Origin: an uncultured Anaerolineales bacterium | GTDB lineage: Bacteria; Chloroflexota; Anaerolineae; B4-G1; SLSP01 | Reading direction: 5' to 3' | NCBI GenBank assembly: GCA_964388385.1 | Contig: CAYMAQ010000001.1 | Span: 20,607 to 84,606, forward strand | DNA: 64,000 bases | Part shown: piece after piece, positions 27,292 through 36,920 of the stretch | How positions within the stretch are numbered: the first letter of the stretch is position 1 | Layout: the number at the start of each line of letters is the position of its first letter | Notes under the pieces: generated by a model | Told to the model about the DNA's origin: nothing | What the model saw: only the letters and a program-made list of their open reading frames with translations | The model's database searches: none | Position numbers and translations under genes: made by a program

Positions 27292-30200
27292 TTACTGACC
27301 CTCGACCGGTATTATTGTCTCCAGGATGACGCCGTCCCCACCGAGATTTGTCGCCAACCGCGTGCCGTCCTCGTGGTAAACCCCGACCCGGACTGTGTAG
27401 GCATCAGAGCCTGCACGGTCCGACACTTCCACAGACCGAGATTCTACAACCACCTCACCGACGGCCCATCCAGGGGTCGGTCGGCCCCAAGAAACGGGAA
27501 CCCCGTCGCTCTGATCAATCATCCGACCCTCGGCATCCAATAAATGGACGAAAATCCGATAGGACTTATCCAATTCAGTGACAGCCTGCCAAGCCAGCGA
27601 GACCGTCAGGGTCTCACCGCTATCGACACCAGCCGTATCCACACGATATCCGACCAATCGAATCCTGTCGCCGAAGAGGATATCCGTCGTAGTGAGACCG
27701 TCCGGCACCGTCCATCGCCGTTCCGGCGCCTCGACCCCCAAAGCCACCCGTGCCAATGGATCAGCACACCCCTCCAAGCGCGCCTCGAAGGTGTAAGATC
27801 CGGTTGCCAAACCGCCGGGCAGTCGGAGCACGTGTTGACCCAGCCACCGATCTCCAACTCGCCATCGATCCGTAGGCCACCAACTCGCGACCGGGGGAAG
27901 CAACCAGCTATCCAAAACCTCATCGTCTCGATCGGTCAAAGAGATCTCCGCCAAACGGACACGAGCCGGCGCTCCAGTCGCTTCCCACACCCACCGTACA
28001 GCCACAAGACCACCGGGAGCGGCACTTCCGCGGTCCAGGGTCATCGACCAAAGCGCGATCCCATCACACGCACTTGGGGGTTCGGGCGCGCTCACACCGA
28101 GATCAGACAAAGAAGGAGAGACTGCGGGACGGACGATCTCGATCTCACCGAGAACCAGTTCAGTGCCCAAGGGTTCACCCTGCGGACCGAATAGCGTCGC
28201 GGGCTCGAGGGTATCGCGGTCGAAGAGACCAACCACGACATCGTAGGTCCCGGGTGGCGTACCCGGCAGCGGCGACACAAGGTGCGGGTCAAAGACAAAC
28301 TCACCGGGTTGCCACATCATTGTGGGTGGTGGCGGCTCATATCCGCGAGGCCGCAGGGTTCCGGCGGGGCTCCAAGTGCGTCCCTCCCGTCCCACCAGGA
28401 GTATCGACGTTCTATACTCAGCAGAGGGAGTCGCCCGCGCGATCCAGAGCAGATCGATCCTGAGTTCATCGTCGGCGGTCACCAAATCGGTTTCAACCCG
28501 GGCACCGATCAAATCAAGTCCTACGTCGTAGACGTGTGCGACCGGCGTCAGTCCCTCCGGCATCCGTCCTGCGCCTAAGCGAGATATCGGAACTGCCGCC
28601 CCCGACCGCCCGATGAACAACCGCAGGATGGTTATCCCCGACACCACAGCAAGCCAAACTACCGTCATAGTGGGATCCACCCTAGTAGGAGCCATTCTCG
28701 ATACATCAAGAGGGGGGCTCTCGTTACGGCAAGCAGGCCAATGGCCCCAAAGCGAGGATCCGATCCAGCCTACTAGCCCAACAACCGTCATGGACAGAGC
28801 CAAACTGCGAGCGGTCGTCGCACCCAGCCAAACTTCCACCTCATAAGTGCCGGCAGGCACCGGAAATGTGAGAAATCCGGTATCCTCCTCCGGAGAGACA
28901 GAAACCGGCTTCCCATTGACAGATGCTTTCCAACCCGGAAAGTAAAGCCCTAACCAACGTGCCTGAAATGCCTGAGGGGTTGATAGAACTAGGGAAGCAC
29001 GCAGAGGTCGGTAAACAGACTCGTCGATGGTGACACCCTCTGGCAACGAGGCGGCATCCAGTCGTTCCGGCAGCTCCCCGCGGATAAAAGCTTCGGCTAA
29101 CTGAGTATCAGTGGGATGCGTTTCGACCCAGATTGGAAAATAACTGCTTTCTGGGTCGATCCCGATCCAGCCGGCACGCTCATATCGGTAGACATCCTCG
29201 ATCGTTGGATAAGGCTCCTCAGCACAGATACCTTTAGGTGGAAATGTTCGGGGCCAGGCCAGGATCGTCAAAGCGACGACCAGGGCGAGTGCGAAAACCC
29301 CGCGAACCCGTGAAGGTCTCACGGAAGAGTCACGTAAGGACAACGGAGACGCATCCTCTCCCACAACAGCCCCAGCCAACAAACTCACCGGCAGCAAAGC
29401 CCGCCCTACCAGACGCCACGGAAACTGCACGAAAGCCAGCAAGGGAAAGGCCTCCCACACACCTACCGAGGGCGCGGTCGCAAGCCAGAGATATCCGATC
29501 GCAACACACCCAAAGAGAGCCGCTACCCATCGTCTGGCAGACGTCCCGCCTCGCCACAGAATCCACCCCAGGCCCAAGAGACCCAACAAGCCGGGACCGA
29601 TCCCCAGCGGGACGCGCATCGGGGGATTAAGATAGTTGGGGTCGTGGCTCAAAGGCGGGGTAAGAAGTATCTCCCGCCACGTCAAAAAGTTGAAGTGAAA
29701 ATCGTTGTTGCGCGTTGTTCGTGAGAGATGCAGTTGAACGAAATGCTGTTCTGTGAGGGCCGGCAGCCAGAACCACGCAGCAACTAGAGTGGCCAGACCC
29801 ACCGCCAGGAATGCCCGCGGCCAATAACCCCGACGCCGGTGAATAATCGACAGCACAAGGGTATAAAGGCCGAGAAAGGGTGCAAGCAGAAGGGACGAGA
29901 TATTGTGACTCAAAAAGAGCCCGATCAACAGGGACGTGCTTGCGACAAATGCGCCGCGTTTCCCATAAAGAATAACACGTCGCACGCTCAAGAACAGCCA
30001 GGGGAGTATCGCCAGGGCCACAGACTCCGGCATGTTACCCCGTCTCAGCACATCCAAGAGCACATAGGGTCCCAGGCCATAGGCGACGCCCGCGACCCAC
30101 CCCGCCCACCCACCCCACAGATCGTCGGCCAGCGCTCCCGCACCGATCGCGCCGGCGAGAAGACTGATACCGTAAATCAGCCCCAAAACCAGGGGAATCG

Positions 30201-30477
30201 GAATTTCGATCAGGGCCAACAACTCACCGACAAGATACGGAACCGGTTCTCGGTAATTGAAAAATGGGTATCCGTGGCCCAGGGCCAGGTTGGGAAGCCA
30301 GCGAGCGAAGACCCACCCGTGTTTGAACATATCGCGCATAGCCACAATTCGATATTGATGCCATATATTGTCATGCGTACATGGCAACGATGTCGAGTTG
30401 AGGAGCGGAATAAGGACAGGCAACAAAAGAACGAAGAGAACCAGCCACCGCACAAGGTTGGATCGTTGGTATGTCAT
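27292..30477 (-). CDS. giant (about 1061 aa) GT-C-like polytopic membrane protein, tandem paralogue of 24142..27291
   Basis: Collinear with the paralogue (CTHDNIWHQYR, YFPGWKASVNG, TM helix, three repeats). Start chosen as ATG 30477 with no RBS; starts further upstream would overlap the CDP-alcohol transferase gene. Confidence 0.7.
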   Translation of the reverse strand: MTYQRSNLVRWLVLFVLLLPVLIPLLNSTSLPCTHDNIWHQYRIVAMRDMFKHGWVFARWLPNLALGHGYPFFNYREPVPYLVGELLALIEIPIPLVLGLIYGISLLAGAIGAGALADDLWGGWAGWVAGVAYGLGPYVLLDVLRRGNMPESVALAILPWLFLSVRRVILYGKRGAFVASTSLLIGLFLSHNISSLLLAPFLGLYTLVLSIIHRRRGYWPRAFLAVGLATLVAAWFWLPALTEQHFVQLHLSRTTRNNDFHFNFLTWREILLTPPLSHDPNYLNPPMRVPLGIGPGLLGLLGLGWILWRGGTSARRWVAALFGCVAIGYLWLATAPSVGVWEAFPLLAFVQFPWRLVGRALLPVSLLAGAVVGEDASPLSLRDSSVRPSRVRGVFALALVVALTILAWPRTFPPKGICAEEPYPTIEDVYRYERAGWIGIDPESSYFPIWVETHPTDTQLAEAFIRGELPERLDAASLPEGVTIDESVYRPLRASLVLSTPQAFQARWLGLYFPGWKASVNGKPVSVSPEEDTGFLTFPVPAGTYEVEVWLGATTARSLALSMTVVGLVGWIGSSLWGHWPACRNESPPLDVSRMAPTRVDPTMTVVWLAVVSGITILRLFIGRSGAAVPISRLGAGRMPEGLTPVAHVYDVGLDLIGARVETDLVTADDELRIDLLWIARATPSAEYRTSILLVGREGRTWSPAGTLRPRGYEPPPPTMMWQPGEFVFDPHLVSPLPGTPPGTYDVVVGLFDRDTLEPATLFGPQGEPLGTELVLGEIEIVRPAVSPSLSDLGVSAPEPPSACDGIALWSMTLDRGSAAPGGLVAVRWVWEATGAPARVRLAEISLTDRDDEVLDSWLLPPVASWWPTDRWRVGDRWLGQHVLRLPGGLATGSYTFEARLEGCADPLARVALGVEAPERRWTVPDGLTTTDILFGDRIRLVGYRVDTAGVDSGETLTVSLAWQAVTELDKSYRIFVHLLDAEGRMIDQSDGVPVSWGRPTPGWAVGEVVVESRSVEVSDRAGSDAYTVRVGVYHEDGTRLATNLGGDGVILETIIPVEGQ

Positions 30478-30547
30478 CAACAGGATTGTACCATGTTCCC
30501 GTGACCCGAAAACATTCGAACGGCCGCTGATGAAAAGCTGATCGCCG

Positions 30548-31162
30548 TTACGGCTCCTGCAGCGAGACCTGATAGACGTGGAGCATCCTCTGCGCAACGG
30601 TAAACCAGGTGAGGGTCGCCATCACGACAAGCGTGAACCGAACAATCCCCGGCACAATAAGGCCGACGGCCAGGAAAACCACACGTACAACCCGCGTAAA
30701 CAAGCCTACCTCACAGGTATATCCCAGACCTTCAGCACGAGCGCGCGTGTAACTGACCATCACGGAACCAAGCAGAATCAGGAAGAGAAGCGCAATATCA
30801 GCGACCCGCCTCGCACTCAACGCCCACACCATCAAGCCGAAAAGAACCGCGCCCTCAGAGAAACGGTCCAACGTCGAATCAAGGAAGGCACCGAACCGAC
30901 TTTGTTGTCGCGTCTCCCTCGCCAAGGACCCGTCCAGACCATCGACGGAGGAAGTTAAAAGCATAAGGATCCCACCCACCTGCAACCGACCGGCAGCCAG
31001 GACAGCCCCGACCCCCGCCGTTAATAGAAATCCTAACCAGGTCAGCTGATTCGGTCGCACTCCCCATCGCGCCAAAAAACCGATAACAGGACGTATCACG
31101 CCGGCCATCCGCTTTCGCAGCCAGTCTGTGAACGTGAAAGATGTATCACGCTGGGTTGACAC
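30548..31162 (-). CDS. CDP-alcohol phosphatidyltransferase (PI/PGP-synthase-like)
   Basis: Exact D-G-x2-A-R-x8-G-x3-D-x3-D motif (DGLDGSLARETRQQSRFGAFLDSTLD) and about 5 TM helices. GTG 31162 or ATG 31108 as start. Confidence 0.8.
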   Translation of the reverse strand: MSTQRDTSFTFTDWLRKRMAGVIRPVIGFLARWGVRPNQLTWLGFLLTAGVGAVLAAGRLQVGGILMLLTSSVDGLDGSLARETRQQSRFGAFLDSTLDRFSEGAVLFGLMVWALSARRVADIALLFLILLGSVMVSYTRARAEGLGYTCEVGLFTRVVRVVFLAVGLIVPGIVRFTLVVMATLTWFTVAQRMLHVYQVSLQEP

Positions 31163-31281
31163 GGAAATCGGGCACCTCCCTACAGAATAGATCGCGGTAT
31201 GAATGCCAGGAACGAACGTATCCTACTCCAGACCGGTATCCTGTCAACTACAGATCTGGGCATAAAACACTGAATTTTCCC

Positions 31282-31310
31282 TTGCTGTTTTGTTCCAATT
31301 GCGTTAGAAT
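31282..31310 (+). promoter_or_regulatory. candidate promoter for mutL (TTGCTG-17-TAGAAT)
   Basis: Seen directly. The TSS would fall about 4 nt before an in-frame ATG at 31321. Confidence 0.3.
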
Positions 31311-31386
31311 CGCCTTACACATGCCGAATTGTGAACCAGACATCAGTCCCAACCGAGAGTGGACGAAAAGATCCGGACTTACCCAC

Positions 31387-33162
31387 ATGCCCATTCGATT
31401 GTTACCTGAGGAAATTGCATCCCGAATCGCCGCTGGCGAGGTCGTCGAGCGCCCTGCATCAGTCGTCAAAGAGTTGATGGAAAATAGCCTGGATGCCGGT
31501 GCGACCCGGATCGAGATCGAAACTATCGATGGCGGCAAAAAGCGGATTCGAGTCCGGGACAACGGGGTCGGCATCCCCCGTGATGAAGTGCCGCTTGCCT
31601 TCCGTCGCCACGCCACCAGTAAGCTCGAAACCACCGAGGATCTGGAGAGGATCACCACCCTGGGATTTCGCGGTGAGGCACTTTCAAGCATCGCGTCGGT
31701 TAGCCGGGTGACGTGTACGACCAGGCACGTTGAGGAATCGACGGGCACGCACATTCGCCTGGAGGGTGGTGAAGTAATCACCACCCGATCAGTAGGAATC
31801 CCGCCGGGGACCGAGATTCTCATCGAGGATCTCTTCTACAATGTACCTGCCCGCCGCAAGTTCCTGCGGACCGATCGAACAGAGCGGCGCCATATTGACA
31901 GCTTCCTTACACGATATGCCATTGCGTATCCGGACGTTGCCTTTCAGGTGCACCACGATGGACGTGAGGTACTCCTCACGTCGGGTCACAGTCGGCCCCA
32001 AGAGGTGTTGATCAACGTCTACGGTATGGAATTGGGGGCGAACCTGCTGGAGATCCCTGCCGCATTGACGGACGGTCGCGTCATTCGCGTGCGCGGTTTT
32101 GTCGGGCCACCCACCGTGCATCGCGCGAACCGTGGCTATATCACGATTTTCGTCAATGGGCGCTGGATCGAAAACACGATGCGCCTGAACTATGCCGTGA
32201 TCCAAGCTTATCATACCCTGCTGCCCGTCAAGCGCTATCCCGTCGCGTTTGTCCTAATCGATCTCCCTAACGAGGACGTCGACGTCAACGTCCATCCAAC
32301 AAAAGCGGAGGTTCGCTTCAGGGACGGCGATGCCGTATTCCGAGCCGTCCAGCGCGCAGTTCGTGCGACGGTCATTCAGGAGTCTCCGGCAGCGGCGGCG
32401 TTCGAGGAAGCGCGTCCAGAGACGGATACGACGCCCGATCAGGCCGCGGAAACCGATACTCAGAGAAATCGATCTCGCCTGCGACAGATCCAACCCCGGG
32501 AGCAGCAATTTCGGCTGCCGAATCAGGACACGACCGTTACTGTGACAAAGCCAGCCGGATCCACCACTCAAGGTCAACCGGGGAGAGCGCTGCCGCCCCT
32601 GCGAATCCTTGGTCAGGCTGCCACGATGTTCATCATCGCTGAGGGGCCGGACGGCCTCTACCTGATTGATCAACACGCAGCTCACGAGCGGGTACTCTAC
32701 GAGCAGATGGTATCGGAGGAGGCCCGGGGGCAAATTCGAACTCAAACACTTTTGGAACCCGCGATGGTCTCTCTTCCGGCGGATGCAGCCGCGCATCTCG
32801 AAGAACTGCTGCCCACGATCCATCAACTCGGTATTGAAGTCGAGACCTTTGGCCCCAACACATTTCGAGTTCGCGCGCTGCCAGCTCACCTTACAGACGT
32901 ATCACCCGGTGATCTTCTGGCCGATATTGCGAGCAGCTTGGAGGCCGATTCGACAGTGGACGACGAGCTTGAGGAGGCGCTCGTCAGGCAAATCTGCAAA
33001 CGTGCAGCCGTCAAGGCGGGGCAGGTCCTCGCGCCGGAGGAGATGAAACAGTTGATCCGCGATTTGGAGCAGACGATCAACCCGCGAACGTGTCCTCATG
33101 GCCGTCCGACCATCATCCAGATTTCAACAGAAGCGCTGGCCCGGCAGTTTGGACGGATCTAG
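31387..33162 (+). CDS. mutL: DNA mismatch repair protein MutL
   Basis: MPIRLLPEEIASRIAAGEVVERPASVVKELMENSLDAGATRIEIE GHKL ATPase N-terminus plus C-terminal dimerisation domain. An in-frame ATG at 31321 would add 22 aa. Confidence 0.9.
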   Translation: MPIRLLPEEIASRIAAGEVVERPASVVKELMENSLDAGATRIEIETIDGGKKRIRVRDNGVGIPRDEVPLAFRRHATSKLETTEDLERITTLGFRGEALSSIASVSRVTCTTRHVEESTGTHIRLEGGEVITTRSVGIPPGTEILIEDLFYNVPARRKFLRTDRTERRHIDSFLTRYAIAYPDVAFQVHHDGREVLLTSGHSRPQEVLINVYGMELGANLLEIPAALTDGRVIRVRGFVGPPTVHRANRGYITIFVNGRWIENTMRLNYAVIQAYHTLLPVKRYPVAFVLIDLPNEDVDVNVHPTKAEVRFRDGDAVFRAVQRAVRATVIQESPAAAAFEEARPETDTTPDQAAETDTQRNRSRLRQIQPREQQFRLPNQDTTVTVTKPAGSTTQGQPGRALPPLRILGQAATMFIIAEGPDGLYLIDQHAAHERVLYEQMVSEEARGQIRTQTLLEPAMVSLPADAAAHLEELLPTIHQLGIEVETFGPNTFRVRALPAHLTDVSPGDLLADIASSLEADSTVDDELEEALVRQICKRAAVKAGQVLAPEEMKQLIRDLEQTINPRTCPHGRPTIIQISTEALARQFGRI

Positions 33163-33209
33163 TGAGGACGATAACAAAAACTGCAACCCACCTATGAACC
33201 CACACAAGG

Positions 33210-33659
33210 ATGAACACGATGACCCTATCTAAAGGAGTACGTTCTAGGATAACGCAGCTGGCAAACCAGATCGTGGCGCAATATCACCTCAAAGACCCGC
33301 CGGTCCCTGTCGAGACGATCTTGTCCAATCCACCGGGAGAGTTGGAGGGCGTGGATATCACGGATCTCTCCCTGGTGTTTGGCGCGGGTGAGCACCGCCA
33401 TGAATATCGTTTGGGACTGGGTCGGCTGCTCTATCGGGAGATATGTCGTGCTGGCCTTGAGGCCCCCCCGATGCCTTATACCGGCGAAGCTGCCCGAGCC
33501 TTCGCCAAAGAACTCCTGGCTCCCGCGATGTGGCTGAAGCCAGCGGCTCAACGTCCGGGCGTCACGCTCCAGGATCTTGGTGAGGAGTTTCAACTTCCGG
33601 AGTATACTGTCGCCAGCCGTCTGGTGGAGCTGGGGCTTTGGGTCGAGGGAATGGAGTAA
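33210..33659 (+). CDS. ImmA/IrrE-family (COG2856-like) protein with degenerate HEXXH
   Basis: The C-terminal GEAARAFAKELLAPAMWL...FQLPEYTVASRLVELGL matches the ImmA ExxANxFAxELLMP...RL pattern. The expected HEXXH reads HEYRL. Confidence 0.5.
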   Translation: MNTMTLSKGVRSRITQLANQIVAQYHLKDPPVPVETILSNPPGELEGVDITDLSLVFGAGEHRHEYRLGLGRLLYREICRAGLEAPPMPYTGEAARAFAKELLAPAMWLKPAAQRPGVTLQDLGEEFQLPEYTVASRLVELGLWVEGME

Positions 33660-33707
33660 GCATCACCTGGAAGGGAACCTGCAGCCCTCCTGGACGCTCA
33701 ACCGACA

Positions 33708-34625
33708 TCACCGATCGCCACGGTCGTTGGGGTGCACGATCTCGACCCCGGCGACGATGTCGGACGTAGGGGTCCGGTAAGCATAGGCCAGGTTGGGCGT
33801 GTTATGCGCGAGTCCTATTCGTCCCTGACGATCGACAAGAACGACCCCGCCGTATCCCCGCACCCGATCCCAGAGCTTGTCGATCACAGCATCAGCCGCC
33901 TCCTGAGCCGAGAGTCCTCGCGCCATCAAATCACACGCGGTCTTGCTGGTCACGATGCGCATCAAATCCTCACCGGAACCCGTAGCAACCGCCGCGCCGA
34001 TCTCGTTATCGGCGTAGGCGCCGCAGCCGATCAAGGGCGAATCCCCAACGCGTCCGGGCCACTTGTTCGGCGTACCTCCCGTCGAGGTCGCGACCGCCAT
34101 GTTTCCGTCGCGATCGATAGCAACCGCTCCCACGGTATCGCCCAATCGCACCGGCGACGCCAGGCTGTGCTTGGGAGGCGACCAGCCGCCAGGGTCCTCA
34201 CGCCCCCACGGGATGTCTTTCGATACCCGTGCTACACCGTAGGACTCGGCAAGGGCCTCGGCCCCTGCCCCAACAATCAATCGATGTTCGCAGCGCTCCA
34301 TGATGTGTCTGGCGAGAGTAATCGGATGAGAGATGTCCCTGACAGCAGCAACCGCACCGAACTCCAAAGTGCGACCATCCATCAGGATGGCGTCCATTTG
34401 GACGTCACCCACCCGGTTGAAATAACTCCCTCGCCCGGCATCGAACGTCGGATCGTCCTCTAGAATCCGGACTGCGATCTCTACGACGTCAACGGCTGAA
34501 GTTCCTCCAACCAAATGCGCCCATCCCGCTGCAACAGCTTCTTGACATCCTGCAGTTGCACGCGTTCGTTCCTCATCCGCAATATACCAAGCTCCACCGT
34601 GTACCACCAAGACCGGATGCACCAA
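33708..34625 (-). CDS. isoaspartyl peptidase / plant-type L-asparaginase (Ntn hydrolase)
   Basis: VVHGGAW...GTVGAVAIDRDGNMAVATSTGG. TTG/GTG start preceded by AAGGGGG. Confidence 0.85.
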   Translation of the reverse strand: MVHPVLVVHGGAWYIADEERTRATAGCQEAVAAGWAHLVGGTSAVDVVEIAVRILEDDPTFDAGRGSYFNRVGDVQMDAILMDGRTLEFGAVAAVRDISHPITLARHIMERCEHRLIVGAGAEALAESYGVARVSKDIPWGREDPGGWSPPKHSLASPVRLGDTVGAVAIDRDGNMAVATSTGGTPNKWPGRVGDSPLIGCGAYADNEIGAAVATGSGEDLMRIVTSKTACDLMARGLSAQEAADAVIDKLWDRVRGYGGVVLVDRQGRIGLAHNTPNLAYAYRTPTSDIVAGVEIVHPNDRGDR

Positions 34626-34991
34626 CCCAACCCCCTTCTCGTCGACCTGGCGTCCCGCCGAGAATCCTTTACGTAGATCACCAGGGTTCTATTATAATCT
34701 GATCATAAATGACTAAAGCGGTTCTGCGTTCCCCTGGATATCACAGAAAAGTTTAGCGTTTTATGTCCGGATCTATATGACCGCGTATATCAGCTCCAAC
34801 GATTATAGACATCACCTCCGATGTGGCAAGACCCACCGCGCCGGAGTCACCCGACCCCGGGCCACACACCGAACTTGTCTTTTCATCGGGGGACGCCAAA
34901 ATTGCGCACGCGACTATGGGCGAGCTTACAATAAACTGCATTGAGGATATGACGCTAGGAGGAGACCCTGATCAAACGCAAAAACGGTTGG

Positions 34992-36887
34992 GTGCTTGGA
35001 ACAACAATCTTATTGCTTGCCGCCTTCTTGCGCCTCGCAGCGTTCGATGAAGCCCTGGTCGGGTCCGACCAGTCATCGATCTTGGCCGCGGCTGCAGAGA
35101 TAGCTGCGCTCCGGGACTTCCCTCTGGTCGGTATCAAATCATCAGTCGGCGTCATGCAGACAGCGCTGCCGGCCTATCTTGCGGCACTCGGTTGGATGTT
35201 GCTCCCTCGGGTGATCGCGGTCAAATGGCTGTACGCAGTCCTGGACTTGATAGCGCTGGCATTTCTTTTTTCTGCGGTCAAGAACGAGCGCGGATGGACG
35301 GCAGCGAGCATCGCGGGATTGCTCTACGCAACTAATCCTTGGCTGGTTGAGTACAATCGCTGGATTTGGTATCAGACACTCATTCCCACCTTTGCGACCG
35401 TCGCATTCGCAGGTCTTCTCCTGACACTATCGGATCGACAACGTACCGGATGGCCCCTCACGGTGGCTATGTCCGGAGCGGCACTGATGGGGCTGGTTCA
35501 TCTGGCATCGGTGCCTTGGGCAGCTTTGCTCTTTCTACTCGGTTTTGTGGTGGCAATTCGCCGCCGCTGGCTTCCTGCCTACGCCGCCGGTGTTGGATTC
35601 AGCTTGATCGCAGCTTATCCCTATCTCCATTACCTCATTAAGACCCGGTTTGCCGACGTAGCGATGCTGCTGACCCAGGGTGGACAGTCAAGCTCCCGCA
35701 ATTGGGCAGCTTACCGACTGACAATAGAGCTTCTCAGCGGTCAACAGGTTCTGACGACACCACGGAGCTCTCTCTGGGCCGAATCGGTCGTGGAGCCAAA
35801 AACGCTCTATTGGGTCATCCCTAGCGTGCTTGGTTTTGCCGCCATCGGCGCACTCCAGGCAATCCATCGCAGACACGCATCGGCTTATCTGCTGGCGCTG
35901 GGCTGGACGCTCGCAGCACCAACCATCTTTGTATTCACCGGATTCCATCTTCAGCACTTTTATCTACTCTTTATCTTTCCAGCTCCTTGGGTTCTCATAG
36001 GAATGTGGTCGAGTGAGACAGTACCGCCTCAGTCCGTGATTGAAGAGAGCGTCCAGCGACTTGCCCTAGCAAGTACGCTCATCGTTTCGGTGTGGTGGGC
36101 TTATCTGTGGGGTGTAAGGATTGTCTACGAGAGTCGGGGAGCCCTCCGGGCACCAACGAGAGCGTGGTTAATGGATCGTACGGTGGATCGCATCGGGCAT
36201 TTCCTCAACATGGACCCCCAAAATGAGGTCATCATACTCACCGAGTTTGGAGGCGGACTCTCTCCCTACGACTGGATGCGCAATGCACTTAATACAGACC
36301 GAGTGCGGATTGTACCCGCCGACCGGGGCTTAATCCTCCCGCCTGACGAGAGTTGTTATCTGCTCGGACCCGGGGCCACACCCGCAGACCTAACACCCGC
36401 CGCATCTTTGGATATCCAATTTGAGGAGCGGTCATCTATGACCGTAATGGCTTCGCCTCCCTGGCGGTTCTTCTGCTACAACAACCGCCCACCGATGCCT
36501 GCCCCTTTAGCCCAATGGAGAAATGGGCTGACGTTGCTCGATACGGATATCCAGGGGCACTGGCAAGCATCGGGCACGTTAAATGTGCAGCATGCCTGGC
36601 ATTATAGGACTCGGCGAGATCAGGTATATCATCTCTTCAATCACCTGACGGAAGAGGAAACGCTTGTCACCCAGGCCGATGGTGCGGGAGTCCCAACCCG
36701 ATTCTGGCGTGATGATGATGGACTGATCACCCACTTCACGCTCAAATTACCCGAGACCTTAAACGAAGAGACTCAATACCATCTTAAGGTCGGAGCCTAT
36801 ACCTGGCCCGGACTTGAGCGAGTTCTGCTCTTGGATGGGACAGACGCCTATACCGTCGAAACATTCTCCGGTAGCGTTATGCATTGA
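34992..36887 (+). CDS. GT-C fold polytopic glycosyltransferase-like membrane protein
   Basis: AAFDEALVGSD loop motif, more than 10 TM helices and the related C-terminal module. The only in-frame start is GTG 34992; an AGGAGGAG 28 nt upstream is too far to serve it. Confidence 0.65.
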   Translation: MLGTTILLLAAFLRLAAFDEALVGSDQSSILAAAAEIAALRDFPLVGIKSSVGVMQTALPAYLAALGWMLLPRVIAVKWLYAVLDLIALAFLFSAVKNERGWTAASIAGLLYATNPWLVEYNRWIWYQTLIPTFATVAFAGLLLTLSDRQRTGWPLTVAMSGAALMGLVHLASVPWAALLFLLGFVVAIRRRWLPAYAAGVGFSLIAAYPYLHYLIKTRFADVAMLLTQGGQSSSRNWAAYRLTIELLSGQQVLTTPRSSLWAESVVEPKTLYWVIPSVLGFAAIGALQAIHRRHASAYLLALGWTLAAPTIFVFTGFHLQHFYLLFIFPAPWVLIGMWSSETVPPQSVIEESVQRLALASTLIVSVWWAYLWGVRIVYESRGALRAPTRAWLMDRTVDRIGHFLNMDPQNEVIILTEFGGGLSPYDWMRNALNTDRVRIVPADRGLILPPDESCYLLGPGATPADLTPAASLDIQFEERSSMTVMASPPWRFFCYNNRPPMPAPLAQWRNGLTLLDTDIQGHWQASGTLNVQHAWHYRTRRDQVYHLFNHLTEEETLVTQADGAGVPTRFWRDDDGLITHFTLKLPETLNEETQYHLKVGAYTWPGLERVLLLDGTDAYTVETFSGSVMH

Positions 36888-36920
36888 TAGCGATCAATCG
36901 AAACGCGAGGGATCTCGTGA

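Noticed and set aside
34823-35050. 75-aa ORF spanning the GT-C gene start, with a nice AGGAGGAG just upstream
   Set aside because: The frame carrying the TM-rich GT-C protein is the other one. The AGGAGG is followed closely only by CTG/ATC codons. Kept as start-ambiguity note, not as a gene.
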